64,000 bases of DNA from Lama glama (taxonomy: Eukaryota), in the NCBI GenBank assembly GCA_028534125.1, contig CM052818.1, positions 39,682,001 to 39,746,000 on the forward strand. Direction: 5' to 3'. Of this stretch, positions 13,901 to 27,239 are shown one piece after another. The notes under the pieces were generated by a model that had not been told where the DNA came from, searched no databases, and was given only the letters and a program-made list of their open reading frames with translations. A program made the position numbers and the translations under genes. Within the stretch, counting starts at the first letter, position 1, and each line of letters opens with the position of its first letter.

Positions 13901-14737
13901 CAATTCTCTGACACATCAGACCTCTCCCTCTCTTTCGATTTTTATGTACCCAGAGGGTCCTTTCTTTGCTACAGCTCAGCATTGCCCAGTGCATGTTTTA
14001 TGGCTAAACTCCTTCATGCCTTGTCCTCTGATAAACTGAGACACAGGGAGATTCAGTAGCATGCTTAGTCGCAACTGATGAGCAGTGGTTTTTCTCACTG
14101 AGGACCTTGAGCTGGTGGGAGTTTTCCAGTGTTGGTTGGTTTGGTGATGACTTCTTAGGGAAATAAAAGGGGTTGGAGCATATGGTCCAGTGGTTACCAG
14201 AATTCCTAGTAAAGGGAGGAATGAGTGGGCCCTTTATAGATTTGAGACATGTAAGATTAAGAGAAAACAAGGCAAAACGCTCTGCAAAATGGCGGACTAG
14301 TCCCCAAATTTAAAACATTAATTTATAATGATAAGCCCCAAAGACAAACATCCACTTTGGCAAGTGATTCCCAAATTGAAATGGCTGATGGATGGCGAGG
14401 GAGCGACTGCTGAGATGAGGTATGAGGCTGTCCATAGAGAAGAGGGGCGGACATTGGTGAGTTATGGGCTCCAAGTCCACCTGGGACTGCGAGTAAATAA
14501 CAAAGTGCCAGAGTGAGGCTCCAGATGGTTTGCGTAGTGAGTGTGACCAGAACTCCACCGAGGAATTGAGGCCCAGTAATTCAAACCGGGCCTGCCTTTT
14601 TATGTTGTAGCAATTCACGAACTTGCCAGAGAGTGTCTATCAGGTGTACTGGTGGCCCCTTGACAAAAACAGACTTCCTCGGAAATGGCTGGTGTGAGAT
14701 TTGGAGGCCATATCACATCCTGGCTAAAGTTCACAGC

Positions 14738-14790
14738 TTTTTTTTTTTTTTTTAATTCAAGTACAGTCAATTACAATGTGTCAATCTCTG
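14738..14790 (-). mobile_element. ~50-bp L1 3' terminus with poly(A)
   Basis: T-run followed by aattcaagtacagtcaattacaatgtgtcaat. Confidence 0.7.
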
Positions 14791-15429
14791 TGATTATTGA
14801 TAATGTGGGGGAAACCTCAGGCTCAGATCAACAAGCTTTTAGGAGTGCCAGCCTGTCCCGTCTATTACAGAGCGGACGTTCTAGGGTGGAATAAGAAAGT
14901 GAAGGAACAACTCTCCCTAACCCCCGCCATCAGACCTCGTTTGCTAGCCCTCACCACTGGGGCTACCTTGATTAGACAGCAACGAGGACCCATTTTCACA
15001 GAACTGTGTGCAAAACCGGCAGGGCCTCCAGAGGCCGACACCTTCCGTGGGTCACAGGTGCAGGATCCAGCTGGAAACAGCAGTGAGCGTTTCCGTGGCT
15101 CCTATCTGGAAGTCCCGGGGGTGCGGGTGGGGGGCTCCAGCACCTGGAGCAAGAAGGTGGAGCCAGACCCACTCACGCTCTCTGGCACCTGGCGCAGAGG
15201 AAGCCTGCAGGGCGGTGTTTCACAGCCTGAAGGAGGAAATGGAGCAGGAGACAGCAGTGCCTTAGGCCAGGGGGGTGGGAGCACGAGCAGCAGATGCTGC
15301 CTGAGGACTGCAGGGCATGAGGAACTACTTAAGGACAAAACCCCAGATTGACATCATTGACCTTCAGACGTGCCTATGTCTGAGGACAAAGTACACATTC
15401 TGTAAGTTGGGGAAATACAGCTTTTAAAT

Positions 15430-16270
15430 TTTTCTTTCATTCACTAACCACTTTTGAGCATCTGTTACCTGGAGGATGGAAAAAAGGAATATAGCATATT
15501 TCCTGTCCTTAAGAATCACTGAATCAACTGAACATGTTGAGTCCTTGAATGCATTCTATTCCCTAGGTCCTGGCTGCAGGGACTCAGAGAAGGAAGTCAC
15601 TACTCCTGATCAAGTGCTCACAAACTACCCTTAGAGACAGGTTTTAAAAAAAATGTGTAGCACGGGGAACTATATTCAATACCTCGTAATAGCCTATAAT
15701 GAAAAGGAATGTGAAAAGGAATATCTGTATGTACAACCGAATCACTATGCTGTATATCAGAAATTAACGCAACATTGTTAATCGACTATACTTCAATTAA
15801 AGCATTTTTTAATTAAAAATGTATATTGATAGAGGTCACTGTAAGAAGCCAGTGAGTCTTCCATGGAGGGACATTCAGTGCTCAGGGTTTGGAGGAGGAG
15901 CTTAGGAGGATTTTCTGAAGGAGGTGGTGTTTCTGCTGGGATGCTGGCTATCTGAAAAGGGGAAGAGGTTTTCTGAGAACAGGGAAATGCATGTTCGACA
16001 ATTCAGAGGTGAGAGAGTTGTTCCTGGGTTGTTCCTGGCTTTGCATGGCTGAAGCAGAGGATGGGGGTCTCGGGGCAAGGAAGAAGCTGGTGAGGCCATC
16101 TGAAGGTCCACGCCACCACATGGGGACTTCATGCTGAAGATCCCCAGGGGCCCTGGATAGTTGTGTAAGGACATGATCTGTTCAGAGACGTGTTCTATAT
16201 CACTTGTCAGTCAAGTGGGGGACGAGTTGGGGAGGCTAGGCCAGAAAACCAGGGGGGAACCAGAGGATGA
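15430..16270 (-). mobile_element. L2 fragment(s) split by an L1 3' end
   Basis: Purine-rich L2 antisense motifs (ctgaaggaggtggtgtttctgctggga; gacatgatctgttc). Confidence 0.65.
15656..15820 (+). mobile_element. Short 5'-truncated L1 3' end
   Basis: tagcacggggaactatattcaatac...gactatacttcaattaaa; flanks aaaaatgtgta / aaaaatgtata resemble a TSD. Confidence 0.85.
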
Positions 16271-17219
16271 AAAAGGATATGTCCCAATGCCTCCTTAACT
16301 TGTGTTCTAGACGCCTCATCTCTAGCAATGACATAGATGCCAAAATAAATTATGTTAATTTCCCCAAACTGCCATAAACAGCTCAAAAGTAAAATGACTT
16401 GTCCATCCTTGTCAATTTTCCAGGCTGCTTTCAGCAGGGTTGGAGGCCCATCTGTTTCTTTGGCTTAAAGGGAAGAGAGCAATGTATAATAAACTTCATG
16501 CACTGCCCTACAGGTAACCTGTGGTGGCCTGCTTCTTAGATCCAGGGGGACAGCCTGGATCACCAAGTCCAGGCCAGGGAGCCAGGGAACCTGGGGGTGG
16601 GCTGCTGCTGAGCTGGTGCAAGGTCTTATTTCTCTCGTGCTGAATTGCTGGGGAAATGGTTGAAGTCAGAAGCAAAATGCCACATTGTACGCCCACTGAA
16701 GTCTGGGCTCAAGGAAAAGGAAAGCGATTGCTGGGGTGTTAGCTGTTCCCAATCCGCTCCTGGACCTTAAGCTGTTTTCAACAGAGTTGCCAAACAGCTT
16801 GGGAGAAACTGGCCTTTGGGTGGGTGTGAGCAGGGGAGGGGGGAGGGAAGGGAGCAGTTGGCTCATCTCAGCGACTCGTTCAGAAGCAGCTCCCTTCCCG
16901 CGAGACTCCGTTATCACTGATCTACAGCAGGGTGAGTCTTTGACTTTGAACCAGGACTTGCTGTCAGATACGCTGATTTGACTGTATTACAAGTAAAGGG
17001 TCGTTTAAACTGATTTGGAGCTTTTAACCTTCCATTTGTTATTTTAGTTGGGAATTTCTTGGTAAGATAAAAATCTAGAGCTAAAGCCTTAGGTGGGAAT
17101 TACCATACTGTGAAAGAATGATGCTGACTCTGTGTGGATTTCTGGATGGTGTTCTGGGGATTCACATGCGAGAGTCTGTGACTGGGAGGTGATCATTTAG
17201 ACGGCTGGAAGTGATCAGG

Positions 17220-17450
17220 CACCATGGGAAGAGCAATGTCCCGGGCTCGGTAGACTGGGGTTCAAGCCCCTGTTCTAGTTCAGTGTGTTATCCTGTCCAG
17301 GTTTGTTCACTTCCTCAGATCTTACCCACCCTGGGTGAAATGAGGGCGTGAATCCTCCAGTCAGTCTGACTGAGATTTTACAGTGGAGCAGATGGAGTCC
17401 TGGAGAACTGACAACACTTGTGCCAGGTCTCAGGGTGAGCAGATGTCAGA
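17220..17450 (+). mobile_element. MIR
   Basis: agactggggttcaagcccctgttct; degenerate core. Confidence 0.55.
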
Positions 17451-18214
17451 GCTGTGAGCAGACTCATTCACCGCATTCTGTAAGGAAAGCAATCTGGTCC
17501 ACTACAGCATGTGCGATGTGGGGCGGTGGGAGCGGTCACATCAAGGTCACAGGTCACCGTGGTTTCCACTCCCGTGTGGGTGCCAAGTTGAGGCCAGGCT
17601 ACAGCTGAATAGGACAGAGAAGTGCTGGGGAGCAAAGCAGCAGCCTTCTGGCTTTTGCTCCTGAGCATCACAGGGTGACGGTCAGGAGAAGGCACCGGGC
17701 AGAGAAGAGGGGACGGTTTGCCTTCAAAGAGCTAGTGAAGTGTTGATTCCTAGAATATGTCTCTGTGCTTCTTTCATTCACTTTCGAAACACAGAGAGCT
17801 CTGTCTGGGACCCTGGCAGGGCAGCAAGTCTTTTCCGATAACTACAGTGATCAAGGATGATTTACAACTTGTTGCCTTGAGAAGCTCATGCTGAGTCAAG
17901 CTGGGTGCATTCTGGACTGATACTTAAGCCCGAGGGAGGGCTTAAGTGACGGTGTAGACCTCACCCTAGACACATGTTCAGGGGCGTGGAGAGGAGGGCT
18001 GATGCCCAAGCGCTCTCACTAGTTCCGGGGTTCATTGATGTTTTCTGTAGGGGAAAGAAGGGACAGAAATTGGTACATTTAGGGCAAAATGGAATATAAA
18101 ATGCTGACTGTTACTATCTATGAAGAAAGGACAGTCTTCAGAAGTAGAGCTTAAGGTGTAATTGCATACCCCTTGACTTTTTTCTATTTTAATTAAAAAA
18201 TAATATATGTACAT

Positions 18215-18465
18215 AATTTAGTAATAATAATAATAGCAAATAATTGAAAACACCAGGTACTACTTTGCTAAGTGCTTTAATTTATTAACTGACTCGAGCC
18301 TTCCAAGAACACGAGGTAAGCATTATTATTATTATTCCTGTTTGAAGGGGGACATCGAGGCACAGAAAGGTTACGTATCTTTTCCAAGGTCACACAGCCA
18401 GCAAGTGTCAGAGCTGAAATCCAAACCCAGGTCTGGGCTCGTGAGCACCACACCACACTACCGCT
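18215..18465 (-). mobile_element. MIR
   Basis: gaggcacagaaaggttacgtatcttttccaaggtcacacagccagcaagtgtcagagctgaaatccaaacccagg. Confidence 0.85.
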
Positions 18466-18639
18466 TCTCTGAAATGCAAAAGTCAAATGGCATCATAAAC
18501 CTTGCTGGACAAAACAGCAGTTCCTTGTTCCTCCCTCTTCCATCCCTGAATTTTATTCTCCAGAAGTAGCCACTTGCATTCCTTACTGTTGTTTCTGTGG
18601 GAGATGAGGATTTCATTCTCTTCATCCTACCCTTCTGCC

Positions 18640-20800
18640 CCTGCCCCAAACACACACACACATCTCATCTCCCCATCCCTCTTTGTAGTTACGGCATTTT
18701 CACTCAAATCAATATTCAGTGTCGAGCATTATATAATTTTGTAAATATTACTCAAAGATGAGCCACGCGATACACTCTTACTCGTTATCTTTCTCTACAA
18801 CTATTTGTAGTCAATAATTCCTTCCTTTGTTTCATATTGTTAACTGTGTAACTAATTCTTCCCCAGCCTTTCTAACGAAGCTATACAGTACTCCTCAAGA
18901 TGAACAGAAAGAGACTTCAGGCAATCTTTCAGGTTTTGTTTTTTTTTTCCTTAGACTTATTCCTCCTAGAGCCATCTGTCCTGTCCGCTCTGCCAGTCAA
19001 GATTGTTGATGCTCTGGAGCTGATGTATCCCGGTATCCTAGCAGGTGTCTTGATCGTCATCCTGGGAATGTCCTTCATCTGTCTCCTTAGTTGGATCCCT
19101 GCTTTCCTGGACCTCGTGTCTTCTTTCTTAGTTTAGCCCTCCAAGTTGGGGGGGTGGGGAGGGGACCATATCTTCCACAGGCTTCCTAAGAAAAATACAG
19201 GATAGAAGAAGTTTGGAAGAGCTAGCAGGTCTGAAAATATCTTTATTCTACTTTCGTATTTGATTGTAGTTTGGGTATAGGTTTCCAGATGGGATACAGT
19301 TTTCTGTTAGAATTTTAAGGCATTTATTATCAACTGGCTCCCAATACAACTTTTTGAAAAGTATGAAGCAATTCTTTATATTCCTAATTCTTCTCATGAG
19401 AAAAATTCTCTGTGTGATTTTTCTCTCTGGAAACTTTTAGGAGCCTCTCTTTATCCCAAATTTCATGAAGATAAGTCTTGATGGGTCTTCTTTTTAATTT
19501 AACATGCTGGGTATGCAGTATTCCCTTTTGATCTAGAAAGCCATATCCTTTGGCTCAAAAACATTTTCTTATAATTTTTTTTAATAATTTCTTTCTCTGA
19601 TCATTCCTTCAGGTTATCTCATCAGTTGAATGCCAGTTTTCATGAATTTATCTTTTCATTTTCTAATGTATTGTTTTCCCTTTCCATCTATCTCTTTTTT
19701 TGTTATACTTGCCAGATTTCCTTCAATTTAATCAGCTATTGGATTTTTAAATGCTAATTTTAAGTGCTATAATATTTTTAGTGTCTAGGAGTTTTCTTGC
19801 TCACTATTCTTTTAATAGCACTTATTCTTTTCTATGTAGATTTGATATCTCTTAATATCTTTTCTTATATCTAAAAATACTCATTCTTTAAAAATGTTTC
19901 CTGATTCTTCCATTGCTTCTGCTTCTTCTGAGTTACTCTTTTCTTTTTATTTTTTTATTAAGGCTAATGTTAGAAACTTAGTGCAAGTAAGTGGCACAGA
20001 GATTCATTTTTTAAACTGAGACCCTGAAGACACTGACTTGAAGCTGTGTGTGGTAGCTGTGATGGGGTGAGGAGAGGAGTGTTCGTAAATCTGTGGGCTT
20101 TGCCTTGGGATTGTTGGGCAAAGACCTGGCTTTTCATTGGGTTTCCAAGATAAGTCAATGTCTCTTCTCTTGGGGCTGATTAGTCTCCCTGGAAAGGAAT
20201 TCTTTGCCCCCTTCCCAACACCCCCCAACCTGGAGAGTACTCTGGCTTCTGGTGTTCTGGCTACTGAGCAGGGAAAGATGATGGGTTTCACCATTCCTCG
20301 TGCAGTTGCTTACTTAACATTTCCCTCTTTCTCTTTTGGTGCCTCGCCACTGACTTCAACTGGGCCTGGGGTCCTCAAGTCCAAAGCCCCTCCAGAGAGT
20401 AAAATTGTTTTTTGTGCCTGGGTGGAGGAAAGGCAGATGGTTGGTTGCATGGGCTGAGGGAAGGTTCTGGGGTCTACTTCTTATATTAGCCCAACCAGTC
20501 CTCCTGTTTTCAGGCTCAGCCCACACCCTGGCCTTTACAGATGTACCTGACACCCGCCCACCACTGTGCCTTTCCAGAGTTGCGCTGGGTGAATTAGTTG
20601 TATCTCTTTGGCTCCACAGTCCCTTTACTGGTAGTTAGATCTTAGTTACCACTTGTTTATCTGTTTTGTGTTTCCTAAATTTCGTTGAGCATCTCTTGCC
20701 TGCTGTAATCCTCTCTTTGTCATTTGAGGTTCATATCTTTTATAGTGCTTTACTTTAATGATGTTGCAGTGGGGAATGAAGATAAGTACCTACTTGACTT
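18640..20800 (-). mobile_element. Ancient L1M/HAL1-type fragment
   Basis: T-rich antisense ORF1-like tract (gtctgaaaatatctttattcta; ttttctgttagaattttaaggcatt). Confidence 0.65.
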
Positions 20801-22439
20801 TCAGCCAGTCTCCTCATCTACTTGTGGCTGGTTTTCTACACCCAAATATAAATGAAAATGTCAGCTCCGTTTCCCTTGCAGGATCACTTCGCACTAACGT
20901 GACTCATGCATGTGTTCGTTAGAAAACGATCCCTGATGTCCAGAGTTCTGGGGGTTGTAAGGGAAGTATGGGACCCAGGAGAGGCATATCAGACCTGCAG
21001 GACCACTCCTGTAGGAAAGAAGACGCACTGTGTGGGCAGGGAAGGGGAAATTTCTGAAATGAGGAGTCACAAAATAGGTAAAGTTTGAGTTGCAGCCTCA
21101 AGTTAGAGATAGGGTTTGTAGGTTAAGAGGTGAATAGAGTATTGTAAGTGGTAGAAGAGCTCAGTAAATTCTTGGGGCAAGAATTCACATGGCAATAGGG
21201 AGGAAGTGGGGAGGACGTCAACCTGACAAGAGCAGAGATCACTTGTGAGCCTGCTTGGGAAAATAAGACAAGAAAAAAAAAAAAGAAAACAATTAGAAAC
21301 AGATGGCAAAGAGCTTTCTTGCCAGAGGAACAAGTATAGACTTAAGTTTGGAGGTGTGGTCTTTTCAGTTTTGTAAGGAGGCGAAGGAGCCACTTACATT
21401 TTCTCATGGCTTTGACTCCAGAAGTTGGGGAATTTCAGTCGTTCTGACAAAAGGCTGGAGTCAAGTAGAAGCAGTTGCCCCAGCTGCTCTAACTGCCTGC
21501 TGGCCTTTGTGGATGGACCAAGATGGGTTCATTGTGGTGGGGATATCCCAGGAGAGGAAGTTCGCTTGTCAGCAAAATCCCATGACTTGTGGGGACTCCT
21601 ACTGAAAGTGAGTGGAGGGGCCCTTTGTGGGCGCTGGAGAGGCTGAGTGAAGGGACCTTAGTAGAACTGGAGGAGGATTAATGGGCAGTACAAGTGTCGG
21701 TCAGAGAAGATGAGATGTTCTTCTGTGTCCTCCCTGACTTGTTGGTATGATGATGGTTTGGCAGTATGTCTTAAGAGTTTTAATATTTTTTATCTTCTCA
21801 CACTACAACTATGAGCAAGTTGCTTTATTTACAGAGATTTCCTTAAAAGCAAGGAGGAAACTTCTGGTTGCACATGATAGACCAGATACCTGCATTTATC
21901 TCTTCTCCCTCCTGAAACTCAGTCTAAAGCCCTGGAACTCAGCCTGCTCAGCATCTCAGATTTCATCACATCAATGACAGGATTCCCCTTGTAATCGTAA
22001 GAGTTATTGACAATTTAAATATTCCATATACTTTGGAGGAGGGTGTAATTAATGGTTATATTAATGGCAAAAGGAGAGAGAAATGGGTGCTCTTTCCTTG
22101 TTAAAGGCAACCAAAGAACATTGGTGAGCTGGAATGGGCTTGGTGAAGAGGATTATTTTCTCAATGTCTCACTGTCCAGATTGTCCTAGATTTCCAAATA
22201 ATCGCCCATAGTGGCAGGTATTAGTGCCCCTATTTAGCCACTCCCTCCCACCCAAAACAGTTTTGAAGTATGGAAATGATGTGAGCTGTGTTCTTGGCAG
22301 TCACACATATCTCTGCACCATAGTTTATGCAGAATGAGCTTGGTTAAAAAATGGTCACAATCTGAGTACATAATTATTCAACCATGGTTTCAGAATTATG
22401 GTTTAACAGAATGGAAAACTGCCCAGACAAGTAAAAAAA

Positions 22440-23200
22440 AAAGCAACTCACAATAAACAATATAGTATTAGATTCTAATGCAAAGTGTAAAATAAATATC
22501 CATGAGTTTGTGCTGATAGAAATTAATGATTGAATAAAAAGACATGGGAGAGAGTAGACCAATATCCCATGAAGAATTCCAAATGATTTATGTTGATACT
22601 CTGCCCTCAAAGAGGTGTGTGGGGAGAAGAGAAAGTGGGGGTAGGGGAGTAACCATACAGTGGAGAAACCTGACAAACACTGCCTCAGCCAGGTGACCAA
22701 GGGCAACACTGAGAGTGATAAATCATGTTATTGTACATACTTTTGACATGACATGATGAAATTGGCACTTTATTTCTGTGGTCTTCCTCCTGATAATCCA
22801 AAACCCTGTTTAATCTTGAAAAAAGACAAATCTCGCAGAGGGACCTTTTACAAAATACCTAACCAGTATCCCCAAATTGTCAAGATCATCAAAATAAGGA
22901 AAGTCTGAGGAGCTGTCAGAATCAAGAGGAGCCTATGACAACTAAATACATGTGGTGTCCTGGATAGGGTCCAGGAACAGAAAAAGGGCATTGGGTGAAA
23001 ACTAAGGAAATCTGAATTAAGTATAGACTTTAGTTTATAATTATTTATCAGTATTGGTTCATTAATTATAAAAATGTACTACAGTAATGTAAGATGTTAA
23101 TAGGGAAGCTGAGTGTGGGGTGTATGGGACCTCTATAACCATCTTTACAATTTTCCTATAAATCTAAAAGTGTTTCAAAGTAAAAAGTGTGTATTTTTTT
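22440..23200 (+). mobile_element. L1MC-type 3' UTR
   Basis: cagtggagaaacctgacaaacactgcctcagccaggtgacc; same family motifs as 12200-12985. Confidence 0.8.
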
Positions 23201-23264
23201 ACAAAAGCAAGTCACAGAAAAAGATTTATTGTTCACACACTTATGTAGAAACAAGCTAATTTCA

Positions 23265-23681
23265 TGGAACATTCTCCAGAATAGATCACATATTGACCCA
23301 CAAAGCAAGCCTCGGTAAATTTAAGAAAACTGAAATCATATCAGGCATCCTTTCTGACCACAGTGCTGTGAGCTCAGAAATCAACTACAAGAAAAAAAAT
23401 GCAAAAACTACAAACACGTGGAGGCTAAACAATATGCTACTAAACAACCAGTGGGTCACTGAAGGAATCAAAGAGAAAAATGAAAAATACTTAGAGACAA
23501 ATTAAAGTGAAAACACAATGATCCAAAACTGATGAGACACCTCAAAAGCAGTTCTCAGAGGGAAATTTATAGCAATACAAGCTTACCTCAAGAAACAAGA
23601 AAAATCTCAAATAAATGACTTAACCTTACACTTAAAGCAACTAGAGAAAGAAGAACAAACAAAACCTGAAGTTAGTAGAAG
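23265..23681 (+). mobile_element. Internal L1 ORF2 fragment (end of endonuclease domain) with 17-bp TSD
   Basis: Translation THKASLGKFKKTEIISGILSDHSAV...TWRLNNMLLNNQWV; TSD at 23248-23264 and 23682-23698. Confidence 0.92.
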
Positions 23682-24869
23682 GAAACCAACTAATTTCAAA
23701 CTGTGCACATACTGTATGTAATACAAGTTGATATCAATATAGACATCTAGAAACATCTGAAAAAAAATGTTAAATGATTGTCTTGGTTAGTTCTAGAGGA
23801 GGGAAAAAGGATTTTGGAGAGGAACAACTAACTAACAGGGCTTTCATTGTTATTGTCCGTAGTTATATCATTTGCAAATATTTATAAAACACATGTATTC
23901 ATTTATTACACGTATAGTTAAAATTAAACGGGAAGAAGAGGGAAAAACATAGTTATAATGAATTATTCTTACTTTAGATCTTGCATTTGCTCTTAGAGCC
24001 AATCGTGATGCAGAAAACGATGGTGGAGATGTAAAGCAGAAGTAACTGCTGCTCTCCACATGAAGTCTCTAACACGGCATCCTCATTCACTTCTTCGGCA
24101 GACACGTTCTTCTCTCTCCATAGTTAGACTGGCATCATCATAAAGTCAGACCGTGTTAGAAGTATCCAAGATAGGTAATGTGCTACTTGGTTTGGGTCTT
24201 TCAGGTGAGGATGTTTCAGTCTAAAAAGTTTTATTTCTTTAAAATGAACTGGATTAACTCCCATCTTAGAAATTAGCTCAAGTACCAGGAATTTTTGGTA
24301 GCGTTGTTTGGCTTCCGCAGAGCTATTCCAAATTGGTAATGACTTTGTGCAAGGGTCGCTGGGGCAGGCTGAGATGGGTTCAGTCATCTTCGGAGACATG
24401 TTACCTCCTTATTGTTACATGTGTGAAGCTCAGGAAACTGGTTGTGTAAACCTGCAGTTACAGCAGCCTTGGTCTTGGCCACCAGGTGTATCAGAGGTAC
24501 AGGAGGAAGAGGATAAGTCAGCTTTCCTGGCTGTGGGGCTGCCCAGAGATGGCTGGCAGCCCATCACAGGATCTGAATGGGTGTGATGAATGTGGATCCC
24601 AACTGGTCTACCATCCATATTGCAAGGGTGTCCTCTGGGGAAGGAAGCTGGTGGTTTGTAGGAATGGAATGGCAGCAGGAGTCTCCGAAAGAGGGAGTCT
24701 TTATGATGACTGGCTTGATTGGAGGCGACTGTCCAGGTTGAAGCAGGAATCCACCCATCTCTGTTACATCCTTTCAGAAAGGTCAGAGGACAATAGTCCA
24801 GGGAATACAGACAATATTTCCCAACTGGGCATTCAAGGCCTAGTTCTAATTTCTTTTTCTAACCTTATT

Positions 24870-25103
24870 GGTCCCTATGACGGCTATCACAAATTACCAC
24901 AAACTTGGTTGCTTAAAACAACACAAATTTACTCTTTTACAGTTCTGGAAGTCAGAAGTCTGAAATTAGTTTCATTAGGCTAAAGTCAAGGTGTCAGCAT
25001 GGCTGGGTTCTTCTAGAAGCTCTAGGGAAGAATCTGCTCCCTTGTCTTTTCCAGCTTCTAGAATCCCCATGTATTCCTTGACTTGTGGCCCCTTCCTTCA
25101 GCT
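24870..25103 (-). mobile_element. MLT1 (MaLR) LTR fragment
   Basis: caaattaccacaaacttggttgcttaaaacaacacaaatttactcttttacagttctggaagtcagaagtctg. Confidence 0.85.
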
Positions 25104-25379
25104 CAGAGGCTGCACAGATGCTCTGGGTATCTGGCAAAACCAAGTCCAGACAGAGTTTGCTGCTGGGAAGGGGGCGTTCACTCCATAGCAGGCTTCATCT
25201 CCTTTGGCTCAGGATTCAGCAGATCCAAGCCTGCAGGTCAGAGGTCTCCTACATGGAGAGGCTTGGGGAAGGCAAGTACTGATGCTTTATGCTACCGGTT
25301 TGCCAAAGAGCAAGTGCCCTGTCTCATTTGGCCCTCCATCCCAGCATCCAGCACAAGGCCCTGATACTATTTTAGTAAG

Positions 25380-25570
25380 CATAGCTCACATTGTTAGCAC
25401 ATCTTTTCACTTAATCTCCCTGAATCCCTGTATCTCATGTACTATTACTTTTTCTACTTTACAGATGAAGAAATTTAGACATGGAGAGGGAAATGACCTA
25501 TCCAGGGTCACTCTGCAAGCAATCAGTGGTGCTGAGGCTTACCTGCATGATGCTCTCAGGTCTTACCACA
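25380..25570 (-). mobile_element. MIR
   Basis: ttacagatgaagaaatttagacatggagagggaaatgacctatccagggtcac. Confidence 0.75.
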
Positions 25571-25769
25571 GAATTCTATTTTGTGTAATAGAATTATAAG
25601 AGTGTAAGGTTCAACGATCTATTTATTATAATTATAAATTGTTGCCTTGGATATGTTTTAATTCCTCATAGTATCTTAGCACAGGAACTTGCAACAGTGT
25701 AAATTCAAAGATTGATAAATATTTAGTTGGCTACATATAGTTAACAACACTTTGATTAGTAGAAACAGT

Positions 25770-26305
25770 AGTTAATCTTCCCAATGATACATCTTTCTAA
25801 ACACATATCATAATGTTACTTTTCGTTGAGAAATAGATCCAAATTGTTACCAGGGCGTTCAGAAATCCTTTAAAATCTGGCTCTGATGACCTTGTGCACC
25901 TCATGCCCTATATATAGTGACTATACAGTATTTACTGATCACTCCAAAATTCTTGAACTTTCTTGTCTCCACACATTTGTTTTGTTTATTTCCTCTGCCC
26001 CAAACTTCTTCTCCCTTGTCTGTTAAAAATCCTCCAAAACCAAATTCAAAGCCAGTTTCCACTGCAGAGCTATATCCATTTGTTCCTACCCAGAATTGGC
26101 TCTACCCTGTCTTTGGCAAAGGCAAGTTGGGTGTAGACCTACCGTAGCACTTTTAGTCCACTGTGGGCTCCAGGTGGGTGTGTATATTTTGCTCCACATT
26201 CCACACTTCTTGGAGACACATCCTCCTAACTTTTATCCTTTTGAATCTTCCATTGCCTTACCAAGAGACTCACACGTATAAGTACTCGAGAAGCATTCAC
26301 TTAAT
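25770..26305 (+). mobile_element. L2 3' fragment
   Basis: Pyrimidine-rich L2 body ending in aagtactcgagaagcattcacttaatt. Confidence 0.55.
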
Positions 26306-26307
26306 TC

Positions 26308-26460
26308 AGAGCTTCTAGAATTGGAATGCACAGAAGAATATGGGGTGTTTTTATAAATACCAACGCATAGACCCCACCCAGAATTATGAAAGCAGAAGTT
26401 CTAGGAGTGGGGTCCAAGCACTGATACACTAATAAGTCTCCTCCAGTTATTCTCACGTGC
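26308..26460. mobile_element. MER5B-like MITE fragment
   Basis: gaccccacccagaattatgaaagcagaagttctaggagtggggtcc. Confidence 0.6.
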
Positions 26461-27054
26461 CTCCATGTGACTGAAGTGGGCAGGGGCCCTGCAGAAGGCA
26501 GGTTAGCTCGGGCAGCCCTCCCTAATTCACGGTCTCGCCTGGGCCTTGATCACCCACATCTCTGAAGGCTCATCATTGCACCTGTAAAAGTTTTGAGCCT
26601 CACTATGACTTTGAAGTGAACTTTAACTTCTAAAAGAAATCTGTGATGACACGAAAGGCAGGTGAGATGTACAGCTGAGAGGTCAGCCCCCACACGTGGA
26701 AGTGATTGGTCACACTCTGGAATGTACCTGTGAAAAATGTAGCTTTGAAAATGTTAGTAGCAGATGCTTCTGTTCATCCCTTGCAACTTACTGATTATGA
26801 TGTGCTATCATTTCCTCTCAGATTCTAAGTCAGTTGTCTCCCGGAGGTGTTTCCCTCAGTCAGGTCTGTGGCGCTAAGGTGTGGATTGGCCAGGCTGCCC
26901 CTTTTATGCAGTGATGCTATCTGGAGCTGCGCGCCAGGTGCTCATGAGTTGCTCCTGGTCCTGTCTTTACAAAGTGTAATGGCTAAGGTGGGAGCTGTTT
27001 CTCTCAGATGTCAGGATACTTAGTTCCTACAAAGTGAGGCTACCAGGACTAGGT

Positions 27055-27239
27055 CAGTGGTTCTCAAACTGGAGCACGTACCAGAATCACCTGGAGGGCT
27101 TATTAAAAATACTTCTGGGCCCCCCACCCCAGAGTTTCTGATTCAGTAGGTTTGGGATAAAACCTGGAGAATTAGCACTCCTAAATTCCCAGGTGATATG
27201 AGTGCCGCTGGTCAGGGGACCACACTTTGAGAACCACTG
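27055..27239. mobile_element. MER5A hAT MITE, full length
   Basis: Terminal inverted repeats cagtggttctcaaa ... tttgagaaccactg; cagagtttctgattcagtagg. Confidence 0.92.

Noticed and set aside
14797..15351. Longest gap-free ORF (184 aa)
   Set aside because: Non-ATG start, GC-rich with overlapping ORFs in other frames, no recognisable domain or splice context.
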